A stretch of DNA of 15,513 bases from Armatimonadia bacterium (lineage in GTDB: Bacteria; Armatimonadota; Zipacnadia; Zipacnadales; UBA11051): assembly GCA_039683575.1 (NCBI GenBank), contig JBDKRC010000273.1, forward strand, positions 1 through 15,513. The letters run 5' to 3'. The translations under genes and the position numbers were made by a program. The notes below the pieces were generated by a model. It was not told the origin of the DNA. It ran no database searches and saw only the letters and a program-made list of their open reading frames with translations. Position 1 is the first letter of the stretch. Every line of letters begins with the position of its first letter. Positions 6,585 through 13,305 of this stretch are shown one piece after another.

Positions 6585-9500
6585 ATGCTCAGCTTCCGGG
6601 GATACCGCACCATTCGTCTTTCGCAGTGTATGCTGGTGAGTTGTCTCATATTGCTCTGCGGGGCTGTTCCTGCTGTGGCGGGGCCGCAGGCCAGCGCCTC
6701 TTCGTGGCCGATGCGTCAGCGCGACATGCAGAACACTGGCCGTGCGGACTACTCGGTTCCGCCGTCACGGCTAAATCGTCACTTCTTCGACGCCGTTCGT
6801 TGGCAAAGCCCCGTTCCCGGCTCTCCGAACGAGGGCAACCTCAGCAGCACCCAGATGGTCTTCTGCGATCAGGTCGGACGGCAGCGGCTCGATATCGTCG
6901 CCGGGACCTATCACGCGCCGAAAGGGATCCAGGGCATGGACCGTCACAGCGGTCGCATACTCTGGCGTGGCGCGACCGCAGGGGGCGAAGCAATCGCGCT
7001 CTGGTCTGCCGCCTTCTCGCCTGACGGCGGTACGATCTATGTAGCAAATGATGCCACTGACCATCCGTTGATGGCCTTCGGCAGTGAGAGTGGCCCAAGC
7101 CTGTACTGGGACAACGGCATGGATCCCAGCGACGGCGAGGCGGCGATGGGGTCTCCCAAGGTTGCTCCCGATGGTCGCGTCTTTGCACACAGTTGGAACG
7201 CCCGTCCGCTCTCCTGGGCAGATGACGGCCACGCACTCGCCCGTTGCTGGGCCGCAAACGAACGGTCGCAGTGCCTGCAGGGCGGACCAGCCCTGAGCAT
7301 GCTCGGCAACAACTTGCACGTGATCAGCGGGGGGGACGGCGGCGTGGCATGTTTCGATGGGACCAATGGAGAGTGTCTGTGGCGCGCGCGGCTGCCCGGG
7401 AAGATCGCGAATGCGAGCCCCACCATAGACCCTGTTACCGGCAACATCTACGTTCCTGCTGAGGGCAACGGGAGCGTGTATGTCATCGGCCTAACAGGCA
7501 ACGGCGCGGCACTGTGGGATCAGAGCGCGCGGATGGCATACGAGTACATCGAGCAGGTCAATGCACCCGGCTATGTGGCTGCTTCAGGCTGTCTCAGTGA
7601 CGATGGTAGCACCTTCTACTTCCAGTCGGCCAGCAAGCAGGGCGACGGCAAGCTATATGCAGTCGACACCAAGACTGGAGCAATCCGGTGGGCCTATGAC
7701 ACCCACAGCAAATCTGATCGGGGCCGCTACAGCGCATCGCCGATCGTCACTCGCAATGGCGTGATCGTTGTCGGCAACAACGACGGCGGTATGTACTTTG
7801 CGATCAAAGACTTCGGCCGAGTGCCAGCGCTCGTGGCGACGCTGGCTGTTGGTCAGGGAGGGACGGCCGCCGCCAGCGCCTCCCTCGCGCCCGATGGGTC
7901 ACTCTATCTGCCCTTGCGCGTGACTTGGACGGCAGCCGGCGGCGGACAGCCGCCGAGTGGCCGGGTAGAGAACCTCTTCTGCTGCATCGACCTGACCGAC
8001 AACGTGCGCGAGGCGCTGAAATCGCCGCCGGAGGCGGAACTGCGCGCGCCCGAGATGACCCAGAGTTCGAACGCGAAGCGGCCGGTCATGGCACCACCGG
8101 CCCACCAGTCATCGGTGGCGCTGAATAACGCCGTCAGCATTCGCTGGGACCCCGTCACCGACGCAAAGCTGTTTGACTGCTATGCTGTGTACCGGGCCAG
8201 TAAGCCGATCATGGACGTGACTGGCATGGTCCCGTTGGCGGTACTGCAATCGATGGGAACCGGTGCATATGTGGATGGTAGTGCAGTGAACGGCAGCCAC
8301 TACTACTACGCTGTCACTATTCGCTGCAAAGGCGGGGGTGAGATGACCGCGGTACGCAGCCTCATGCCGCGGACGCCTCGCGATGAGACTGACCTTCAGG
8401 TGGTATCGATCGCGCGTACCCCCTTCTATCCGCGCTATGCTCCGATATACAAGCGCGCCACCGTAGTTGAGCCGTCGGGGTTTGGGCCCTATTTCTTCAG
8501 CATCGTCACCGGGTACGAACAAGGCCAGAACGGTGAGACGCAGCATGCACCTGCTATCGGCGAGACGGTGACCTATGTCGCCACCATCAGAAACCGCGGC
8601 ACGAATCCCGTCAACAACATCCATGCCACGTGGAGTCTCGGCGGCAATGTGGTCCAGCAGGTCTTGCTTCAGACCACACTGAAATCAGGCGACACTGTTA
8701 CGGCCTCGTATCGTTCAGTCTGGGACGGCGATTCCCATCAGATCGCCTTCACCATCGAAGACCGGGACATCCGTCCGCGGAACAACGTATTGACAATCGA
8801 TATCCGGGCCGTGGGATTCCTCACGTACATTGATCAGTCGATGATGGAGGACTTCCGGGAGCGCACCTGGTTGAAACAGGTGGACGCGGCCGCCACGGAC
8901 GACATGATCGACTGGCTGAACCACCAGATGGCGAGGTTCAACCAACTCTTTGCGCAGGCCGGGTGCGGCAAGCGTGTTCACTACGACGTGTTGGAAGTGC
9001 TGCCGGATGGGTACCCCGACCCGGCGGTCCAACGGCTGAATTTCGCCTGCTTTCCCTTTCGCTTCCGTGCCGGCGAGGATGATTCTCGCAACAAGAGCGC
9101 CTACTACCACCCGGCCGATGATGCCGACATCGGGCTACTACATGAGATGGCCCATCAGCTGGGGATGGTGGACACCTACCAGTTTGACGTGGGCCCAGAC
9201 AACAACCAGGTGTGCGGACAGGTGGTCAAGCCGTATCTGGCCGCGCCTGATTTGATGGCCTGTGGTCCGGTGATATCTCCCCTTCACACCTTCGCGATGA
9301 ACAAGTGGCAGGTTCACGGACTGTACGGCCAGTATTTGTACAACCTGCCGGCGACCATTGCCATGCGCCTCATGGGACGCGACGGTCGGCCACTCGCGGC
9401 AGCTCATGTGAAGGTCTATCAGTACTGTGAGCGGCCCGGGATCGGTCGCGCTTTGACGAACCAGATCAAGGCACAGGGGGAGACAGACAGTGAGGGGCGG

Positions 9501-10307
9501 TATGTCCTGCCGAACGTGAAGATTGACCCTGCACTAGTGCCACCTTTGCCGACTGGCGACACTTTGCGCGACAACCCCTTTGGCTATGTCGATTGCGTCG
9601 GCACCAACGGCACTTTGCTGCTGTCCGTCGAAAGCGGGGGCGAGATTGACTACTGCTGGCTCGATCTCGGCGAGTGTGTCGCGGCATATGGCCGTGGGGA
9701 CAGGAGCGCAACAACCTTCACACGCCCCCTTGATCTCGGCGGCCCCGTCCAACCGCTGCCGCCACATGATCTGACTGAGTCCAGCGCTGGCGAGTGGCGA
9801 ATCACGGCGGCTGACAAGACACAACCGACTGAGACCTTTGCGTCCGACGATGGCGACCGCGCGGTTGCGGGTAACTCATCTGTCAGGTTCGAAAACAGGG
9901 GCGGAGGTAATCCCATTCTTCGCTACCCAAACACGGCCCGCGCGCAATGGGATCTGACACGCGCAATATCTCTGCAGATCACAGCATATGCCGAGTTCGC
10001 CAACGGCGCTTTTGACGTCAATGGGATGCCGGTCGTGCGACTGTATGATCAGAGCGGCAGCTACGCTGAGTACTGCCCCTATGCCAATGGCACACGCAGC
10101 AACCTTATCAACAAAGCCATTGGGAGATGGTGCACCCTGAGCATCCCATTAGCGGCGGCATCTACGGCCAGGGAAGGTTGGCGCAGGGTGGATTCTGGTA
10201 CGGTGGACCTGTCCAGAGTAAGCAAGCTCGAGATCATATTGCGGCGTGATCCCTACCGGGCAGGATCGTACTCGTTGTGGTTGGACGACGTACATTTTTC
10301 GTTCTGA
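6585..10307 (+). CDS. Exported multidomain zinc metallopeptidase: signal peptide + PQQ/BamB-like beta-propeller + FN3-like + CARDB Ig-like + metzincin-type HExxHxxGxxD domain + carboxypeptidase-regulatory-like domain + C-terminal CBM11/CIA30-like jelly roll
   Basis: The ORF track gives 6573..10307. The in-frame ATG at 6585 has GAGG (6575-6578) 6 nt upstream and is preferred, but the start is uncertain. Signal-like stretch LVSCLILLCGAVPAVA. PQQ-type motifs WPMRQRDMQNTG, KLYAVDTKTGAIRW, SASPIVTRNGVIVVG. FN3-like AVSIRWDPV...YAVYR...YYYAVT (~8090-8380). CARDB DLQVVSI...GETVTYVATIRNRG...NN (~8390-8810). HEMAHQLGMVD at 9141-9173 followed by a PDLM Met-turn candidate. C-terminus VDLSRVSKLEI...LWLDDVHF. 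Confidence 0.85.
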   Translation: MLSFRGYRTIRLSQCMLVSCLILLCGAVPAVAGPQASASSWPMRQRDMQNTGRADYSVPPSRLNRHFFDAVRWQSPVPGSPNEGNLSSTQMVFCDQVGRQRLDIVAGTYHAPKGIQGMDRHSGRILWRGATAGGEAIALWSAAFSPDGGTIYVANDATDHPLMAFGSESGPSLYWDNGMDPSDGEAAMGSPKVAPDGRVFAHSWNARPLSWADDGHALARCWAANERSQCLQGGPALSMLGNNLHVISGGDGGVACFDGTNGECLWRARLPGKIANASPTIDPVTGNIYVPAEGNGSVYVIGLTGNGAALWDQSARMAYEYIEQVNAPGYVAASGCLSDDGSTFYFQSASKQGDGKLYAVDTKTGAIRWAYDTHSKSDRGRYSASPIVTRNGVIVVGNNDGGMYFAIKDFGRVPALVATLAVGQGGTAAASASLAPDGSLYLPLRVTWTAAGGGQPPSGRVENLFCCIDLTDNVREALKSPPEAELRAPEMTQSSNAKRPVMAPPAHQSSVALNNAVSIRWDPVTDAKLFDCYAVYRASKPIMDVTGMVPLAVLQSMGTGAYVDGSAVNGSHYYYAVTIRCKGGGEMTAVRSLMPRTPRDETDLQVVSIARTPFYPRYAPIYKRATVVEPSGFGPYFFSIVTGYEQGQNGETQHAPAIGETVTYVATIRNRGTNPVNNIHATWSLGGNVVQQVLLQTTLKSGDTVTASYRSVWDGDSHQIAFTIEDRDIRPRNNVLTIDIRAVGFLTYIDQSMMEDFRERTWLKQVDAAATDDMIDWLNHQMARFNQLFAQAGCGKRVHYDVLEVLPDGYPDPAVQRLNFACFPFRFRAGEDDSRNKSAYYHPADDADIGLLHEMAHQLGMVDTYQFDVGPDNNQVCGQVVKPYLAAPDLMACGPVISPLHTFAMNKWQVHGLYGQYLYNLPATIAMRLMGRDGRPLAAAHVKVYQYCERPGIGRALTNQIKAQGETDSEGRYVLPNVKIDPALVPPLPTGDTLRDNPFGYVDCVGTNGTLLLSVESGGEIDYCWLDLGECVAAYGRGDRSATTFTRPLDLGGPVQPLPPHDLTESSAGEWRITAADKTQPTETFASDDGDRAVAGNSSVRFENRGGGNPILRYPNTARAQWDLTRAISLQITAYAEFANGAFDVNGMPVVRLYDQSGSYAEYCPYANGTRSNLINKAIGRWCTLSIPLAAASTAREGWRRVDSGTVDLSRVSKLEIILRRDPYRAGSYSLWLDDVHFSF

Positions 10308-10319
10308 CGTTACCATAAG

Positions 10320-10335
10320 GGCGAGGCACCTCGCC
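10320..10335 (+). terminator. GC-rich hairpin just after the gene 3 stop (possible pause or processing site; no U-tract)
   Basis: GGCGAG-GCAC-CTCGCC, 12 nt after the TGA at 10307. It is followed by AACG rather than poly-U, so intrinsic termination is doubtful. Confidence 0.25.
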
Positions 10336-10467
10336 AACGGGCGCCAGGCCATCAGGCGGGCCTGTGCCAGATGTCAACGTTGGCGCGCAGAAGGGATGTC
10401 CCCCGTATCCGGTGATTGGTTGGTAAAGACCTGCCGCCACACCGGTTTCGCTGCCGCACCTGACACC

Positions 10468-10472
10468 AGGAG
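10468..10472 (+). promoter_or_regulatory. Shine-Dalgarno sequence of gene 4
   Basis: AGGAG, 7 nt before ATG 10480, which begins a signal-peptide-like sequence. Confidence 0.75.
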
Positions 10473-10479
10473 ACCATCC

Positions 10480-12972
10480 ATGCGAGTATATGTGTCTGCG
10501 TTTCTCGTTCTGGCCTTATTCGTCGCTGCCAAGGATTCCCACGTGGCTGCTCAGGGCACTTCTGCTCCCTCGATCGCTTGGGCGAATCAGCCGCGCGTCG
10601 CTGATTTTCTGGAGGGGGTCGAGCTGATCTCTGGCGGACGCGAGGCTGGGAAGTGCGTCTGGCTGCGTGTGGGCGGGAAGAGAGTTTTTGACGCCACAGG
10701 CTGGCGTGGCCGCGGGGTGAACATGGCGACCTTCAAAGACGCGGCGCTGATCTCATCGGACACCTTCAACACCAGCGAAAGCAAGGAGCGCACGGAGGCC
10801 TTCGCTCGGGCCGTCGAAACACTGCCCGCTGGAACGACCGTCATCCTCGCTGTCTGTGAGGATGGCACCGGTTGCTTCTCGGAGCGTGGCCAAAAGGCCA
10901 TCGAGAGCATCGGTGGCAGGCTGGGCCTTTTCGGACAGCAGTCTGGCTCATCGTACTTTTGCATCGGCGTCAAGGGGCTGTCTCCCGGGATTGCGGTTGA
11001 GCGCGCTGGACGGGAGCGGCTTGAGTATCCCTCGCCGTTTGCCTTCCAGAAGACAGTTCTGCAAGGGGGGCGACCATCTCCCCTGGTTGCTGCCACCGTT
11101 AGGGCTCTCGATGCCGGCGGGAAGCCGGTGGTGGGTGCGGCCATCTACGCTTGGTGTCCGGGGCGGGGTTTGTCAGTTCCCTGGCCCGATGCTCCAGCGT
11201 GCTTCACGGATAGCCAGGGCATTGGCAAGTTCTGCGCCTTGGCGGGCGATTGGACGCTCTTGGGCGTCTGTCGCCTGCCTGACGGTGACAGGGGTTGGGC
11301 AGTCTGCCGCTCGCATGTCGTCCTCGATGATACTGCCTCGCAGGCGTTGCTCAAGGCGAATGCCACCCTCCAGTGCCGCTTCGAGAACCTCCCCGACGGC
11401 GCCCGCGTCCGCGGGGGCGATTTGTACGCAATCCCGACTAGTGAGGCTCCGCACTGGATGCCATCCTCAGTTGGGGGCGGGCGATTTCGGACCCTTGAGA
11501 CGAACACCGAGGAGCCCCTTGACCTGTGGTGGGATGAGGGAGCTCGTGATGCACGCCGCAGCTACTTTCTCAAGGCGAGCATAGCGGCGGACGAGGCAAC
11601 GGCAGTATGGGACGCTGCCGCGGATGTGAATGCGCGCCTGCGGGTTCCGCCCTTCAATCCGGTTGACCCGAGCGTGCGGGGATGGGTGACCATCGACAAC
11701 TTGGAGTTCTGCTACCCGCAGCGACCGATTTACCACTACTTCGGGCCGGAAGGCAAGGAGGTGATCACCACACCCGCACAGGCTTCGGTACATTGGACTG
11801 TTGGCTGGGACAATGCCAACAGCAATGGGCATTCCGAGGAGGCTGAAGAGCATCTCCTCCTGCGTGCGGGTGAGGAGGTCAGACTGGAAGTAAGTCAGCA
11901 GGTATCAGCGCATCCAGTGCTCGATCGTGTCAGCGACCGTGAGTTCCAGTACTGGCTCAATGCCACCGACGGGAACGGACACCGCCTTCACGAAGTGCAT
12001 CGGGGACACGAGGCAGTCGCGGGAAAGCTCGAACTGCTTGACGAGAAAGAAGCCCTCGTGCAATCGTTGCCAGTAAGGCTCACGCACGAGGTGTGGCAGT
12101 TGCCTGCGGGGCAGCGCTTCCCGAGCAAAGGCACCTATCGGCTGACTCTTGACTTTGGTCCGTTCGGCAGTGTCCTCCAAGAAGGGGCAATACCCGAGGA
12201 AAGCGCGCTGCGGGGCAGACAAGAACGCGAACATATGACGCTGCTATACCCCGCTGTTCCTGACCGCGAAAGCCAGAGGATTCTGGACGAGCTGGCTACG
12301 ACATGTGCCGATGACCTGGAACGGCTCGTCTGTGACGGCTACAACTGGTACGGCATCACACCCCCGCGAGGCATCCAGTTCCACGCGGCCCTATGCCCGC
12401 CGACGGCCGGTGGTTCAGCGGGATCGTACATCGTGTTCCACCTGAACTTCCTTGAGCGCTGGGACACGCGCCGGTGGGACCCTTCGCGCGTCGCTGCTCA
12501 CGAACTGGGACACAGTATGCACTGCATAGAACCGCTGCACGTGTTTCTCGAGGAGAGCGACAAGGATAGTGGCGGCACCTACAATGAGTCTCAGGCCACG
12601 TTCATGGGATGCATGGGTCTACTATCCAAGTTTGGCCCGGTGACGCGCGACGCGAGTTTTCTGGCGGAATCGCAACTACTCCTTGATTGGTTCAGGGGAA
12701 CTTCGGCCCCCGGGTGGCAGCAGTCGAGACGGCTTTTCTACTTGAGTTGGCTGCTTCAGCGGGAGCTCGGAGACGACTTCTGCAGGCGGTACTTCCGGTT
12801 GGCACACGCAGACCCGCCTGACGTTCGGAACCGTATCCGCTCCCAATCCTGGAGCGCGACGGAGAAGATCTGCGCCCTGTATTCCTCGGCGGCGGGGCAA
12901 GATCTGTCGGAACGGTTTCGAGAGATGGGTTTCGAAATACGCCCGGGAACTGGAGTGCTGCCGAACCAGTAG
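10480..12972 (+). CDS. Exported ILEI/PANDER (GG-type lectin) domain protein with C-terminal gluzincin zinc peptidase (830 aa)
   Basis: RBS CCAGGAG just upstream of ATG 10480, which is in frame with the 10246..12972 ORF. Signal-like MRVYVSAFLVLALFVAA. ILEI-like motifs GRGVNM, DTFNT, LPAGTTVILAVCEDG, AIESIGG, SYFCIGVKG...AVE (~10630-11001). Carboxypeptidase-regulatory-like VRALDAGGKPVVGAAI...TDSQG. HELGH at 12499-12513, then 24 residues, then E (NES, 12586-12588). Confidence 0.85.
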   Translation: MRVYVSAFLVLALFVAAKDSHVAAQGTSAPSIAWANQPRVADFLEGVELISGGREAGKCVWLRVGGKRVFDATGWRGRGVNMATFKDAALISSDTFNTSESKERTEAFARAVETLPAGTTVILAVCEDGTGCFSERGQKAIESIGGRLGLFGQQSGSSYFCIGVKGLSPGIAVERAGRERLEYPSPFAFQKTVLQGGRPSPLVAATVRALDAGGKPVVGAAIYAWCPGRGLSVPWPDAPACFTDSQGIGKFCALAGDWTLLGVCRLPDGDRGWAVCRSHVVLDDTASQALLKANATLQCRFENLPDGARVRGGDLYAIPTSEAPHWMPSSVGGGRFRTLETNTEEPLDLWWDEGARDARRSYFLKASIAADEATAVWDAAADVNARLRVPPFNPVDPSVRGWVTIDNLEFCYPQRPIYHYFGPEGKEVITTPAQASVHWTVGWDNANSNGHSEEAEEHLLLRAGEEVRLEVSQQVSAHPVLDRVSDREFQYWLNATDGNGHRLHEVHRGHEAVAGKLELLDEKEALVQSLPVRLTHEVWQLPAGQRFPSKGTYRLTLDFGPFGSVLQEGAIPEESALRGRQEREHMTLLYPAVPDRESQRILDELATTCADDLERLVCDGYNWYGITPPRGIQFHAALCPPTAGGSAGSYIVFHLNFLERWDTRRWDPSRVAAHELGHSMHCIEPLHVFLEESDKDSGGTYNESQATFMGCMGLLSKFGPVTRDASFLAESQLLLDWFRGTSAPGWQQSRRLFYLSWLLQRELGDDFCRRYFRLAHADPPDVRNRIRSQSWSATEKICALYSSAAGQDLSERFREMGFEIRPGTGVLPNQ

Positions 12973-13204
12973 TCTTTACAGATACTTCCAGAGCACTCGT
13001 GCGCCCGGTTGTTGGCGACCCCACGCCCATAGTGCATAGTCCTGGTGCAGGCTTCCACCCCGCCCCCGCTTCGCCGACATAGCTTCACGGCGGCCGAAGA
13101 CCGCGCACTTGCTCAACTCTCAGAGACCGCTACAGCGGGCGTTTGTCGAGGTCAGCGCATTGCTTATTGCAGCAAGAATGCACACGATTCCACCTGCCGC
13201 CTTG

Positions 13205-13233
13205 TTGACAGCGGCCACCCCTTCCGATAGATT
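13205..13233 (+). promoter_or_regulatory. Sigma70-type promoter for gene 5
   Basis: TTGACA (13205-13210), 17-nt spacer, TAGATT (13228-13233). The -35 is perfect, the spacing optimal, and the -10 keeps the three most conserved positions. It ends 72 nt before the ATG at 13306. Confidence 0.7.
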
Positions 13234-13292
13234 TCTTCATCGGCGAAGCAGACCTTCTGGCTAGTCGTGCCGGGCCTTTGCTCGCCGTGGGA

Positions 13293-13298
13293 GAGGAG
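13293..13298 (+). promoter_or_regulatory. Shine-Dalgarno sequence of gene 5
   Basis: GAGGAG, 7 nt before ATG 13306. Confidence 0.75.
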
Positions 13299-13305
13299 TT
13301 TTTGG

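Noticed and set aside
10270-10307. C-terminal Phe of gene 3 as an outer-membrane beta-barrel/autotransporter signal
   Set aside because: The preceding ~170 aa resemble a CBM-like jelly roll ending LWLDDVHF and are too short for a translocator barrel.
10246-10479. N-terminal 78-codon extension of gene 4 given by the ORF track
   Set aside because: It overlaps the end of gene 3 and crosses a structured spacer. ATG 10480 has a good RBS and begins a signal-like peptide.
13045-13230. 61-aa ORF in the gene 4-5 spacer
   Set aside because: It has no RBS or recognisable motif and overlaps the predicted promoter.
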